Source: a virus (Duplodnaviria; Caudoviricetes). Taken from it: 64,000 bases of DNA. Under the pieces are notes generated by a model. It saw only the letters and a program-made list of their open reading frames with translations, made no database searches and was not told the DNA's origin. Shown piece after piece: positions 38,970 through 49,426 of this stretch; position 1 is the first letter of the stretch; each line of letters starts with the position of its first letter. The stretch spans positions 10,850 to 74,849 of the IMG/VR virus record IMGVR_UViG_3300037067_025869; one strand, 5' to 3'. Both the position numbers and the translations under genes were made by a program.

Positions 38970-39193
38970 AAAGCAAAGTTTATAAGCACATTACCATCTC
39001 TGAAGCAGATGAGACTCATAACGATAAACTTGTTTATATAGTAGTTAATACTAAAAAGGGTGATCCGCTTGAATATATCTATTATGAGCCTAGCTGGAAA
39101 CAATATGTTCTTACTACTATAAATGATATAATTTTTAGCGTATCCTGTTTAGAAAATATTATTGATTTTATCAAAAATGAAATTAAAAAGTAA
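38966..39193 (+). CDS. Hypothetical protein
   Basis: ATGA-coupled 75-aa ORF. Confidence 0.6.
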   Translation: MKSKVYKHITISEADETHNDKLVYIVVNTKKGDPLEYIYYEPSWKQYVLTTINDIIFSVSCLENIIDFIKNEIKK

Positions 39194-39348
39194 TGGAATC
39201 AACAGTTAAAAAATCAGAAAAGGAAAGATGCATTCATTGTGGAGCAAAAACCCCTTATTTTATAGATACCCCTGTTAATCTTAGAAATTACTATATTGAT
39301 GGAGCAGGTCAATTATGCAAAAAATGTTTTGAAAAAATATATAATTAA
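39193..39348 (+). CDS. 51-aa zinc-finger protein
   Basis: Below the track cut-off; TAATG-coupled: MESTVKKSEKERCIHCGAKTPYFIDTPVNLRNYYIDGAGQLCKKCFEKIYN (CxxC...CxxC). Confidence 0.8.
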   Translation: MESTVKKSEKERCIHCGAKTPYFIDTPVNLRNYYIDGAGQLCKKCFEKIYN

Positions 39349-39352
39349 AAAA

Positions 39353-40615
39353 ATGAATTTTAAAAATTTTAAAATAACTAATAAAGGGTTATATTGGGGG
39401 TTGATTGCAACATTTGCAATTTTATATTTATGCGTTGGATTTGTAAGTACTTTACATAGCATAACTTTTTTTCATCTTGCTAATAGTTTAGGTCTTGCTA
39501 TATTGCTTGGATTAACCTATGAATTAGGCCAAGCTAGTGTGCTATTCGGACTTCTAATGACAAAAAACTCGAATAAATTTTTGCCATGGGCGTTAATGAT
39601 TTTATTGACTGCTCTTCAAGTCACGGCAAACGTATATGCTTCATTTAAATTTATGGCCAATTCAGGAAGTAATGATTGGCAGTATTGGCAAAAATCTATA
39701 TTGATTGGTGTTCAAGCAGCAAATCCCGAAATGTATCAAGTTATTATCTCTTGGATTGCCGGTGCTTTACTTCCTGTAGTTGCATTAGGTATGACAGCTT
39801 TAGTTGCTCAAAATATGAGATTTATTGCTGAAGAAGGGGAGGAAGAGGAAAAACCTAAAGATGTTGTAAAAGAATTTCTAAATCATGAATTTAAAAAATC
39901 TGAGGAAATTAAAGATGAAGAATCCAAACCTGTTGAAATGCCTTCAGTAGAAGAACAATTAGATAAATTTAAAAATAAACTTCTTTCGAATGCTAGTCCC
40001 CAAACTGAATTAGAAGAAAATTCAATTATAGGGGAAGGCGGTGTCGAAGTTATTAAACCGGAATTTCAAACTTCCTTACAAGGTAAAAAATTCGTTGATG
40101 GCAAAGGAGTAGAATGGGAAGCTGGGGAACACCCCAAAGTAGATTTTCCCCCATTTAAATTTGTCCCCGAAAATATAGAAATGACAGCTGAAAATCCGGA
40201 TGCAATTGTTGGAGATGAGATAAAAAGAAGAATTAAAGAATCTGCGGATAAGAAAAATCTCGAGGATCTGAAAAAGGATGTACAAGATGCTAAAGATTAT
40301 CTGGATGAAGAAATAGAAAGACCTGTTCCCGAAATAAATCTTCCTAGAGAGACAAAGCATGTTGAAGCAGAAGTAGCTCAAATTCCAACCTCTATTATAA
40401 CTGAAATAGGAGAACCTGAAGTTGTTATCTCTAAGAAAACTCTAAAAGAAGCAGAAGATGCTACAAGAAGAGAACTTGGAGAAAAAATTCCATTTATTAA
40501 AACTAGGGGATGGCATTTGAAAAAGACTTATATCGATTCAAATGGTGATATTTATCATTATGGCAAATTCTGCCCTCCAGAAAAGGAACAATCCAAGAAA
40601 TCAAAAAAAGTTTAG
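39353..40615 (+). CDS. Multi-pass membrane protein with long acidic C-terminal tail
   Basis: Likely start is ATG 39353 (the track start 39296 lies inside the zinc-finger gene); about four TM segments, then a Glu-rich region. Confidence 0.8.
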   Translation: MNFKNFKITNKGLYWGLIATFAILYLCVGFVSTLHSITFFHLANSLGLAILLGLTYELGQASVLFGLLMTKNSNKFLPWALMILLTALQVTANVYASFKFMANSGSNDWQYWQKSILIGVQAANPEMYQVIISWIAGALLPVVALGMTALVAQNMRFIAEEGEEEEKPKDVVKEFLNHEFKKSEEIKDEESKPVEMPSVEEQLDKFKNKLLSNASPQTELEENSIIGEGGVEVIKPEFQTSLQGKKFVDGKGVEWEAGEHPKVDFPPFKFVPENIEMTAENPDAIVGDEIKRRIKESADKKNLEDLKKDVQDAKDYLDEEIERPVPEINLPRETKHVEAEVAQIPTSIITEIGEPEVVISKKTLKEAEDATRRELGEKIPFIKTRGWHLKKTYIDSNGDIYHYGKFCPPEKEQSKKSKKV

Positions 40616-40908
40616 GAGCGAGCACTGGAAACAGGGGTAAAAATGAGCCCGCTCCTAATAATCAAGAGATAAACCCTATTGAAGAACTTAACAAGCCTTC
40701 TCCGGGAAAAGAACTTATCGAAAGAATTAAAAAAGAAGATTCTGAAAGAAAAGCTAAGAAAGAAACCAAAATTGAAGAATATGTCCCATCTACAATTATT
40801 GATGGGGTTGAAATTATTGATGCAAAAGCAGTTCCTAAAGAAAAAAGAAAAACCGATAAATTCGGAATCCCCGCATCTGAAACCAGATTAAATTGGGATA
40901 GGATCTAA
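40609..40908 (+). CDS. 99-aa start-less -1 frame extension of the membrane protein
   Basis: Open from the A7 run at 40603..40609: SLGASTGNRGKNEPAPNNQEINPIEELNKPSPGKELIERIKKEDSERK...RLNWDRI*. No ATG/GTG/TTG in this frame back to the previous stop. Confidence 0.55.
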   Translation, partial: SLGASTGNRGKNEPAPNNQEINPIEELNKPSPGKELIERIKKEDSERKAKKETKIEEYVPSTIIDGVEIIDAKAVPKEKRKTDKFGIPASETRLNWDRI

Positions 40909-40967
40909 CTATATTGAAATGCTTAAGACTCCTTGCTAGAACTTATAGGGATACGCCTGTTAAGCTT

Positions 40968-41005
40968 AAATCCCCTAGACATATTAACCTATGTCTAGGG
41001 GATTT
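40968..41005 (+). terminator. Intrinsic terminator with 15-bp perfect stem
   Basis: AAATCCCCTAGACAT-ATTAACCT-ATGTCTAGGGGATTT followed by TCTTTTT; it lies after the -1 frame extension, not after the frame-0 stop. Confidence 0.8.
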
Positions 41006-41097
41006 TCTTTTTAAAAATGAATCTAATAAGTTTCTTCAAAAATTTATTCCCTCCGATTTAATCTTGAATAAATAGATAAAATAATAAGCTAATTATA

Positions 41098-42645
41098 ATG
41101 GCTACAACTGACGTATTCAATAACAGCAACAATAACTATGTAAATCCCGGTTTTTCCCCATGCGTAGGAACTGGGGATGATTCTTTTTTGGAATTTCTTC
41201 CAAATAAATCTATTGCAGTCATAAATGGAAGTAATACTCTTGCAGGGATTTCTTTTTCAGATATACAAATTCCGGTTTCAGCTTATAGTTCTCAGAAAAA
41301 AATTCTCGAACCAGGCGAAGTATCTTTTATCCCCGGATTATCAAAGGGATTAAATTATAGATCACAATATTTTACATTACCTGAATTTGATGAGGATCCT
41401 GGGGGTCTTCAGCCATATTATATGACTATTGATCTTTCCATTGCATTTTATAAAAATTTCGGGTATAAAACTTATAATTTGTATGCTACAGCAGATGCTT
41501 CAAATAACGTCAATATAAATGAAGCTCTTGATATAGCTCTTTCAAATATTCAAGCAAAAATAACATCTGTTTATGATCCAAGCGATATGGGATTTATCGG
41601 AACTCAGTTAGGATGGGATTTTAATATATCCAATGTCAAATTAACCCTTATTGATGCTTCGGAGAATTCGGACTCCCCATTTCCTTCTATTATCATAGAC
41701 GGGGTAAATGTCCCTCAATCTTTTTCTTTAGAAGAGGATTTAGAAAAAATGATTCTTTATGCTAAATATCCTAATTCAGCAATGCAGGGAATTATACTTA
41801 AAGCAACCTATCCAGAAACAGAATCAGATTATAATAAATGGTTTGAAATTAATCACGTTCCGGATATAGTAGCAATTTATGAACCAATTGAAATAAATAA
41901 TTTCATTAGTTCATTGGACCTTGCAATTAATTTTGATCCTTCTATTTATTTTGGACCTTTTATTACGGACTTTTCTGGCGCAACTTATGGGTTGGATGCA
42001 AGTAATGGTTCTGGATCATATATTGCTGGAGTTGTAGATTCATCTTTTGCAACTTATAATCTTTCAAATTCATTAGTTTACAGCTCTAATTTAACGTTAA
42101 GCTCTACCCTGATGAACGGAATACTGGAAAAATCCTGGACAAATAAGGATTATCCTTTGCTTCCATATGGGGATCCTTCTGCTAGAGTAGAAATTAATTT
42201 ATCAACAATAAATGAATGTTCAATTTATAACACTTTTATTAGAGATACTTCGATATATAAATCTCTTTTAACCGATGTTTCTTTATCAAACTGTACACTT
42301 TATAATTGCTTTTATGATTCTAGCTTAATTGGATTAGAAAATTGTACGATTATAAGAATAAATGAAAATATAGAACCATCAGCTGCCTATGATTCTTCAA
42401 CTTATTATCGCCCAATTATTAAAACCATTGAGGTAGGTATGAGCGGCTGTTCAAATTCATCCCAAATGAGCGCGGGGGATTATCTTGAATGGATAACTAC
42501 TAATGATGCTTGGGAAAAAGTCGGAGATATGTATATTCGAACATCTGCTCCGGATGCTGAAGATACAAGAAATTTAATCGACGGCTTCTATGCTTTTAAT
42601 CCTCAGGTATTTTCAATTCAGCTTGAATATTTAATATTTGTATGA
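41098..42645 (+). CDS. Putative virion structural protein
   Basis: Asn/Ser-rich beta-type composition with a short beta-helix-like stretch; GAATAAATAGATAAAA upstream. Confidence 0.55.
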   Translation: MATTDVFNNSNNNYVNPGFSPCVGTGDDSFLEFLPNKSIAVINGSNTLAGISFSDIQIPVSAYSSQKKILEPGEVSFIPGLSKGLNYRSQYFTLPEFDEDPGGLQPYYMTIDLSIAFYKNFGYKTYNLYATADASNNVNINEALDIALSNIQAKITSVYDPSDMGFIGTQLGWDFNISNVKLTLIDASENSDSPFPSIIIDGVNVPQSFSLEEDLEKMILYAKYPNSAMQGIILKATYPETESDYNKWFEINHVPDIVAIYEPIEINNFISSLDLAINFDPSIYFGPFITDFSGATYGLDASNGSGSYIAGVVDSSFATYNLSNSLVYSSNLTLSSTLMNGILEKSWTNKDYPLLPYGDPSARVEINLSTINECSIYNTFIRDTSIYKSLLTDVSLSNCTLYNCFYDSSLIGLENCTIIRINENIEPSAAYDSSTYYRPIIKTIEVGMSGCSNSSQMSAGDYLEWITTNDAWEKVGDMYIRTSAPDAEDTRNLIDGFYAFNPQVFSIQLEYLIFV

Positions 42646-42673
42646 GAACCATATAATTAATGATAAATAAAAT

Positions 42674-43174
42674 ATGAAAGCAAAGACTATACAAGAAGCA
42701 CTTAATGAATTTGGGGGAGCAGGTTATGCAGTATACGGCGGCGCTGCTAATTATGGCAATCCCGGACGAGGAATTGGTTTTGGCCAAAGCTCCCAGAATA
42801 AAGGAGGTCCAAATTTAATGTACACCTATGATGTTAAGGATTTAAATCAAGCATTGCAACCCCCTCCAACTACTCAAGGAGAAGAAAAATACATACATAT
42901 TGGTTCTCATGTTAAAGCTAAATCATTGGAATCAGAAAAATGGGTAGAAGGAAATATACTTTCTACTAAATTTGATGCGGATGGAAATATCCTTCATTAT
43001 GAGGTTTTAAATCCTGCATCAGGACAATCTGAAAAAGTAGATCCTACCTCAATTGAACTTATTGAAAATGATCTGCTTCCCGGGTTAGCAACTTTAGATA
43101 GAGATATCGTGGGAGAATCTCTTTTTGTCTCCGAATCCATAGAGCAATTATATGAAAATAAAAAAAGAGGCTAA
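42674..43174 (+). CDS. Putative virion internal protein
   Basis: MKAKTIQEALNE|FGG leader; C-terminal VGESLFVSESIEQLYE. Confidence 0.65.
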   Translation: MKAKTIQEALNEFGGAGYAVYGGAANYGNPGRGIGFGQSSQNKGGPNLMYTYDVKDLNQALQPPPTTQGEEKYIHIGSHVKAKSLESEKWVEGNILSTKFDADGNILHYEVLNPASGQSEKVDPTSIELIENDLLPGLATLDRDIVGESLFVSESIEQLYENKKRG

Positions 43175-43188
43175 ATAACCTCTTTTTT
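43161..43188. terminator. Bidirectional terminator overlapping two convergent stop codons
   Basis: AAAAAAGAGG-CTAAATAA-CCTCTTTTTT. Confidence 0.75.
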
Positions 43189-44040
43189 TACATTCTCTGG
43201 TTGTTTCAATCTCCATTGCTCCATTTCTTCTTCTACCCATGGAATTTTTATGGATGTTATTCTTTTTTCTAACTTTTTAACTATCACTGAATTCTCTGGA
43301 ACATTAAATAGCATAATTGCTGGGTCACCTTCGTGCCAATTTTCAAACTGTTTAACAGCTTTGTTAATTAGATTTTGATCAAAATGATCTTTAGCTGACC
43401 AGTTATCTAATTTCTTACGAATGTTTTTTCTAACCCACGCAAGATGTTGCATTCTGATTTCATCATCTTCAAAAACATAAGTTCCTATATTTAATGGGTT
43501 TAAAATTCTTCTTGTCGGATCTGTTGGGCCGGGAGCAGGACCGTTAAATGTGTATGTAAAGAATGTTGAATGGATACCAGGAACAAAAGGTCTAAATGGA
43601 TATACCAAATAATGTTCTAGGTCTCTAAAATAATTTACATAACTCCAGTATGTGATTGGACAACCTTTTTTATTTATTATATCTTTGGCATTTCTGAATT
43701 GATCAGCATCATAAAATTCATCTGCATCGATATTTAAAATATGAGAGCATCCTCGTTGTTTTGCTAGCTCGATACCCATATTTCTTTTATCCGTTTCCTG
43801 CTCTCTTGAATATTTGAGATAATTTGGTTTAAATTCTATTAACTCATCAATAAGCCCGATTTTTTTTAATCTATTCAACTCTTCCATATCAGCTGGATCC
43901 ATTGGATTTTTCCAATAAGATTTTTTCTGATAAAATCCTGCAACCCAATCCACTTGATCCCTTATCTGAGAAATTAAGTCAAATAAAAGTTCACTCGAGT
44001 CAAAGCAGTTTACAGTAACACCTAATCGCTTTATCTTCAT
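43171..44040 (-). CDS. GT-A (family 2-like) glycosyltransferase
   Basis: LGVTVNCFD, ETDKRNMGIELA, HILNIDADEFY (DxD), MQHLAWVR. Confidence 0.75.
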   Translation of the reverse strand: MKIKRLGVTVNCFDSSELLFDLISQIRDQVDWVAGFYQKKSYWKNPMDPADMEELNRLKKIGLIDELIEFKPNYLKYSREQETDKRNMGIELAKQRGCSHILNIDADEFYDADQFRNAKDIINKKGCPITYWSYVNYFRDLEHYLVYPFRPFVPGIHSTFFTYTFNGPAPGPTDPTRRILNPLNIGTYVFEDDEIRMQHLAWVRKNIRKKLDNWSAKDHFDQNLINKAVKQFENWHEGDPAIMLFNVPENSVIVKKLEKRITSIKIPWVEEEMEQWRLKQPENVKKEVI

Positions 44041-44088
44041 ATACTTATATCCTTATTTATATCTTTTTATTTCTCTAAATATATTGTG

Positions 44089-44325
44089 CTATTTATCAAT
44101 CTCCTCTTTATTAAATAAACTTATCCATTCCCTTTCAAAACGAATCCATCTTTTTTCCCTTTCCTTTCTCTCTTTTTTATTTTGAATAATAATTTTAATA
44201 ATATAAATAAAAAATAAAATTAAAGCTATGTATGTTAAAGCTGTAATCGCATTTGAATAAAAAGCATCCTGTATATTTAATATTCCTTTTACAAGATCAT
44301 CTCTAAATTGCGAAAATGGATTCAT
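44089..44325 (-). CDS. Small single-TM protein
   Basis: AITALTYIALILFFIYIIKIII followed by a basic tail. Confidence 0.6.
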   Translation of the reverse strand: MNPFSQFRDDLVKGILNIQDAFYSNAITALTYIALILFFIYIIKIIIQNKKERKEREKRWIRFEREWISLFNKEEIDK

Positions 44326-44340
44326 TTCATATTTAATATT

Positions 44341-45042
44341 TTAATATGACAAATCATCGAAAATGATTGGGATCTTTGATTTAAAATCCGCTAATAAAGG
44401 AATCGTTATTTCTCTCATCTGCGGGTGAGCAGGTGCATCGCATCTCATGCGAAAGAAATGTCTCCATTCGCGAAGATTATATTTACAATTGATCTCTGTT
44501 TTAACAGAATTAGGCAGCACACTACGAGCTAATTGAGCCGGACAATATGCGTTAGTAAGATTATGATAATGCCTTTCGGAATCTTCCATTGCTTTATACC
44601 ATTCATCATACCAATATAGAATGTCTTCTTCAGCTATTTCTTTTGTATTTCCAGAAATAGGATGACTAAATTCCTTCCCAATTTGTAATTTAAATATATT
44701 ATTAATATCAATGAATGTAATTCCATGATCATATTTGTCCTTAGAATAATTACAATATCGAGTACTTTCTTGAGCATAAGATGCAAGTCGATGACGTACA
44801 ATTTCATGGGAAATTCCTCTGTCGCAAGTAAATTTAACAATGATATCGTAAAATTCAATCATTGCTTCATGTTTTCTCTTAATAAGATTATTAATCATTT
44901 TTTCGGCAGAATCCTCTGCTATTTTATCTTCTGATTTATAGCAGGTTCTTGCGACTCTTTCGATAGTTCGCATTAGACATTTTACTTCTTCCGGATCGTC
45001 AATTGGTGTGATGATCTCATAGGAGGGTTTAATTAAATTCAT
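44341..45042 (-). CDS. thyX: FAD-dependent thymidylate synthase
   Basis: RGISHEIVRHRLASYAQESTRY signature; ARSVLPNS, WRHFFRMRC...HPQMR. Confidence 0.95.
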   Translation of the reverse strand: MNLIKPSYEIITPIDDPEEVKCLMRTIERVARTCYKSEDKIAEDSAEKMINNLIKRKHEAMIEFYDIIVKFTCDRGISHEIVRHRLASYAQESTRYCNYSKDKYDHGITFIDINNIFKLQIGKEFSHPISGNTKEIAEEDILYWYDEWYKAMEDSERHYHNLTNAYCPAQLARSVLPNSVKTEINCKYNLREWRHFFRMRCDAPAHPQMREITIPLLADFKSKIPIIFDDLSY

Positions 45043-45094
45043 AAAAATAATATATAATTTTTTATTATACAGTTTTTATCCTTTATAGTTTTAA

Positions 45095-47455
45095 TTAATC
45101 AAAACTTAAAACTCCTTTTCCTGGGGATGACGGGCTAAATTCAAATTTAACTTGGCCTTTTTTCATAGCATCTAATAATTGGGAACCAACAGCAACTCCT
45201 ATTTGAGCAGAGATTACATCCCAATTTGTTGTTGGAATAGAGGATTCATTGACAACTTTGGAGGTTGTTTGAATTTTTTCAGCAGTAGTTCCTCTCGTAG
45301 TTCCATCGGAAATTCCGCTAGTTACCCCAGCACTCACAGAAATAGCAGCAAGTTTTGAAAGTTTTGCCGTATCAAATCCATCGAGACTTACAGAAAGATC
45401 ATTGAGAGATTTAGCTAAATTTGAAATGGTATCATTAGTTTTTTCTAAAGCTGATAATGATTCTGAAAATTTAGAAAGTTCTTCTATAACCCCGCTATAT
45501 TTTTGGATGGCTTTTTTAGCATCTTTTGCACTAGATTTTTCTAATTTTGTTGCGAGAGTATCCGAAAAAGTTGTAAGAGCGGAAACAATATTTTGAGCAA
45601 TAATGCCCATCGAAAGTATTTTGGGTTTTCCGTTTTCCATTACAGGTTTACCCTCTGCATCCAGAATCGGAATTTCATTATTAGGGCCAAATTCAGCAAA
45701 CATTTTTAAAGTATCGGCGAATTGCATAACTGCTCCAAGAATACCATTTCTTCCAACAAGAGCTTTAGACATTCTTTTCATTCTTCTTTTTTGCTTACCC
45801 GAAATTCCCTTCCCCTCAGGCTCACCATCCCCAAACTCGCTTTCTGATTTCGAAAATAGTTGTTCTGTAAAATATAAGAAACTACTAATCATATTTTTAA
45901 CAACAGTCTTGGCTGCAACCTTTTTCCTTATCTCGTTTCCTTTATCGTCATAATCAATATATCCTATTTCATTTTTTTCCCCAAATTCGGCATATATTTT
46001 CATCGCATCTGCAAATTGAATAACTGCCGAAAGAATACCTCTTCTTCCGGTAAGCGCTCTACCCATTTTTCGAATGGCAATAGCTTTTTGCTTTGTAAGT
46101 CCTTCTGTAGATTCAAGAAGAGCAGTTAAAAAAGTACTAATTGAATAAGATATGTTATCGGCAACTTTTGATAAATTAACTTTTTCGCCGAATATTGGCT
46201 TTCCGTTCTTATCATATCCTTCAATAATTCTCATACTATTTAGTTCGGCAAAAGCAGATACCGCTCTTGCAAACATCGAAAGTGCAACAGACATTGCCAT
46301 TAATACCACTATTCCAGCAAATATCTTAGCACTATTTTTTATAAATTCCCCAATACCTGCGAATCCTTTCTTCCCCCCGGAAAGAACTGAAATACCGTCA
46401 ATCATGCCGCCAAGAACCCCTCCGATTAAATGCCCGAGCGTTTCCCTAATATCTACATCTTTTAATTCATTCGAAATGCCAACAATTTTTTTAATCATTA
46501 CTGCAAGTAAAAAGAAAGTTCCTCCAAGCATTAAAATAGTCAAAGCACCAAGAGCTACTTCAACAATCATAGTTCCTAATAAAGCAAATATAAGAGCAGA
46601 TCCAACGATAACTCCTCCGATAACTAGCATAGATTTTAATAATCCCCCGCCGGTTTCCTTCCCCAATATTTTAGGAATTAAACTAACTGCTAAAGCAAAA
46701 GAAACTAATCCAAGTGCCAATGCAGCCATCCCGATACCCATTTCAACAAGGGTGGAGCTTCCTTTTTTAATGAACTTATTAGCTAAAGCAAGAGCTCCAA
46801 ATACTACTAATAATCCTAATATAGCAACCCCAAGGAAAATAAAAACATCTTTTGGGCTAGCTAATTTCATGATCATTGCAGTTAATAGTAATGACCCGGC
46901 AAAGGCAAGTATTCCTATACCTAAATATGCAAAGCTAAGAGAAATATCTTTAATTGGTTTAGCTATTTTTTGAAGAGATTTAGCTATCTTATCAAATGTT
47001 TTAACAGCTTTATCTACTTTTCTAGTACTTGAAGCATCCCCTTTTTCCTCCATAAAATTATAAAGAGATTCTAAAGTAGTAAGAGCCATATGAACTTGTC
47101 TCTGCTTGATCCTACCTAAAGCATCTAACCCTGTAGCTAATCCAGGCAGACCTTGACCTAAAAGATTTAACGATTCTGCTAGATTTTTTAAACCTTTTGC
47201 CCCCTTCTGACTTTTGGCGCCAATAGCTACAAATTGCTCAATAAAAGTAAAAAAATCTTTTATTGTTTTGGGCTTAACCCTGCCAAATGATAATAGAGAA
47301 GGTCCTAAATTAGATAGTACTGAAATTTTATTTTTTATTTGCGATCCTACTTCTTGAGGAGCAGGACCACCTGACCCTTTAGCAGATCGGGTATTCTCCT
47401 CAATTTTTCCGAGGGTTTTTAAAATACCATATAAAAGTTCATTAGCTTGAAGCAT
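45095..47455 (-). CDS. Tape measure-like protein
   Basis: Long Ala/Gly/Leu-rich helical protein with a hydrophobic centre; follows tube and chaperone genes; GATATATAAATA at 47468..47479. Confidence 0.65.
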   Translation of the reverse strand: MLQANELLYGILKTLGKIEENTRSAKGSGGPAPQEVGSQIKNKISVLSNLGPSLLSFGRVKPKTIKDFFTFIEQFVAIGAKSQKGAKGLKNLAESLNLLGQGLPGLATGLDALGRIKQRQVHMALTTLESLYNFMEEKGDASSTRKVDKAVKTFDKIAKSLQKIAKPIKDISLSFAYLGIGILAFAGSLLLTAMIMKLASPKDVFIFLGVAILGLLVVFGALALANKFIKKGSSTLVEMGIGMAALALGLVSFALAVSLIPKILGKETGGGLLKSMLVIGGVIVGSALIFALLGTMIVEVALGALTILMLGGTFFLLAVMIKKIVGISNELKDVDIRETLGHLIGGVLGGMIDGISVLSGGKKGFAGIGEFIKNSAKIFAGIVVLMAMSVALSMFARAVSAFAELNSMRIIEGYDKNGKPIFGEKVNLSKVADNISYSISTFLTALLESTEGLTKQKAIAIRKMGRALTGRRGILSAVIQFADAMKIYAEFGEKNEIGYIDYDDKGNEIRKKVAAKTVVKNMISSFLYFTEQLFSKSESEFGDGEPEGKGISGKQKRRMKRMSKALVGRNGILGAVMQFADTLKMFAEFGPNNEIPILDAEGKPVMENGKPKILSMGIIAQNIVSALTTFSDTLATKLEKSSAKDAKKAIQKYSGVIEELSKFSESLSALEKTNDTISNLAKSLNDLSVSLDGFDTAKLSKLAAISVSAGVTSGISDGTTRGTTAEKIQTTSKVVNESSIPTTNWDVISAQIGVAVGSQLLDAMKKGQVKFEFSPSSPGKGVLSFD

Positions 47456-47479
47456 CTGTAAGGGTTTTATTTATATATC

Positions 47480-49048
47480 TTATGCTTCAATATATTCCCA
47501 TTTTATATTTCCCGAATTCCATATTTTATGAAAATCCCTTTCCCCCATTAATTCATCCCCTGTTTTTTCTGAATTCTTGCAAATTTTCCATTTTTGAAAA
47601 TTTCTTCTATTGTATTTATGATGATTATCACTCCACCAAAAACCAGGACCAGTTTCCCCTAAATTTTTAAATCCTAATTTTCCATAAATATCACCAGAAA
47701 ATATATCTAAATCCGAATATGATATTATTTTATTTGGTTGAAAATTTTTTATAAAATATTTAAATAATTTTTGTGCTCCCCCAATAATGGATATATTTTT
47801 TTTATTACAAAATCTTAATAATTCCCACCCCTCAGAATTTCCCCTGTTTTTTGAAAAATTCATCACAGAAATTAAATTATCATTAAAAAATAGTCCCAGA
47901 TTTACAGATCCATATATTTTTCCTTGCAGATGATTGTCATCCAAAAACTGCACTATATCAGAGGATTTTAATTCTTTTATTATTGTTTGTCGTGCATATA
48001 TTCTTTCAGTTTTGCCAAATTTATTTTTTATGAGGGATTTTATAATTTCTCTCTTAAAATTCCAATTATCTTCCCATATATAAAAAAGATCTATACCTTG
48101 TTTTTCAAAAAAAGCTTTTTTATCTCGATGATATTTTCTATTTTTAAATACATCACTATGCCAATATAAACCATTAAATTCAAACCCCATTTTATATTCG
48201 GGAATAAAAACATCGATTTCAGCATTATTAACTCTATAATTTCTAATAATTTCTATATCCGGAATGGTGTCTTTTATAAAATTATATAATTCTATCTCTC
48301 CAGAAGAAGTTCTATGTAAGTTTGCATGATAATCACAATATAAATTATAAATTTTTTTTGACTTACAAAATTTTACTTCATTGGAACATTCTAAACATTT
48401 TGGCCTACTTGAAATATTATTTTTAAAAGCAAATACTTTTTCCTGAAAATCTCCAAACGGTATATTTAGTATAGATTTGTATAAGGAAGGAAAATAAGTA
48501 GATATATATTTTTCTTCTAATTGCTTTGGATATAAGATTTTTTTAATATTTTCTTTGTCTAACGACGTATTTTCCAGAATGCTTCCGCGACAGATGGGGC
48601 AAAATTCCCCATTTAAGCTATAAATTTTTTTAAATAAGATCTTTCTGATAGTAAAACTTCCATGGGAACAATAATTAGAAATTTCATAAAAATATCTATC
48701 CTTTATTTTTATATTTCCTTTAAAATTAATATATTTTTCATTAATTTTATTTTCCTTGCCTATTTTCATATTTTTCCGCTTTTCTTCGGATATATTATAT
48801 CTATAATAATAAGAAAGCGGGTTCATAATATATTTTTCTTTGTAATATTTGTATTTAACAATTAACTCCTCCTTATCATTAATTTTTTCAACTATCTCTG
48901 TAGAAAAATTTTTATATCCAATTTTTTTTATATCTTCTTTTAATAATTTATTAGAAGAATATCCGATTTTAATTCTATTATCAGAATTATTTCTGGCATA
49001 TAAAAATCTTCCCGATATATTATTGGTTACTTTATAAATATAATACAT
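47480..49048 (-). mobile_element. Hef-like endonuclease, copy 2, with a degenerate GIY-YIG-like N-terminus
   Basis: YYIYKVTNNISG...KEDIKKIGYKNFSTEIVE at the N-terminus; EIDVFIPEYKMGFEFNGLYWHSD...WEDN, ARQT...NHLQG...WELLRFC. Confidence 0.8.
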
Positions 49049-49095
49049 GTATCAAATCTTTATTATCATATATATCGCAAAAAAGTTTGAAAAAA

Positions 49096-49119
49096 AAGAG
49101 GATAATAATTTATCCTCTT
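49096..49119. terminator. Intrinsic terminator
   Basis: AAGAGGATAA-TAAT-TTATCCTCTT. Confidence 0.7.
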
Positions 49120-49426
49120 AAAATTTAGACTTTGAAATATTAGGTAAACCCATCTTCGGGATTTTAAACCCCCCATAGTCCGTTTTTTGGGAAGGCTTCT
49201 GAGCTTGAGCTTTTTTCATCTCTTGCTCTTCTTTCTTATATCTTTTCTCCTCCTCCTTATCGTGTTCTTCTAATTCCTGAAGAATATATTCGATTTCATA
49301 AAAATCCATTTGATATAAATCCATCGGGGAAATATGGAATCTATTAGCAAATATAAATTCTATTTTAATCCAGTTGAGAAAACGGATCTGAAATAAGGAA
49401 AATAGATTTAATCCCTCCTTGAAAGT
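49118..49426 (-). CDS. Tail assembly chaperone second ORF (gpT / gp51-like), overlapping the upstream gene in the +1 frame
   Basis: The frame is open 34 codons upstream of the track ATG (49324): ...SLFQIRFLNWIKIEFIFANRFHISPMDLYQMDFYEIEYILQELEEH, with no canonical start there. Confidence 0.65.
   Translation of the reverse strand, partial: TFKEGLNLFSLFQIRFLNWIKIEFIFANRFHISPMDLYQMDFYEIEYILQELEEHDKEEEKRYKKEEQEMKKAQAQKPSQKTDYGGFKIPKMGLPNISKSKF

Noticed and set aside
40679-40891. Track ORF 40679..40891 (+)
   Set aside because: Third-frame shadow of the longer 40609..40908 frame, which better matches the upstream protein's composition.
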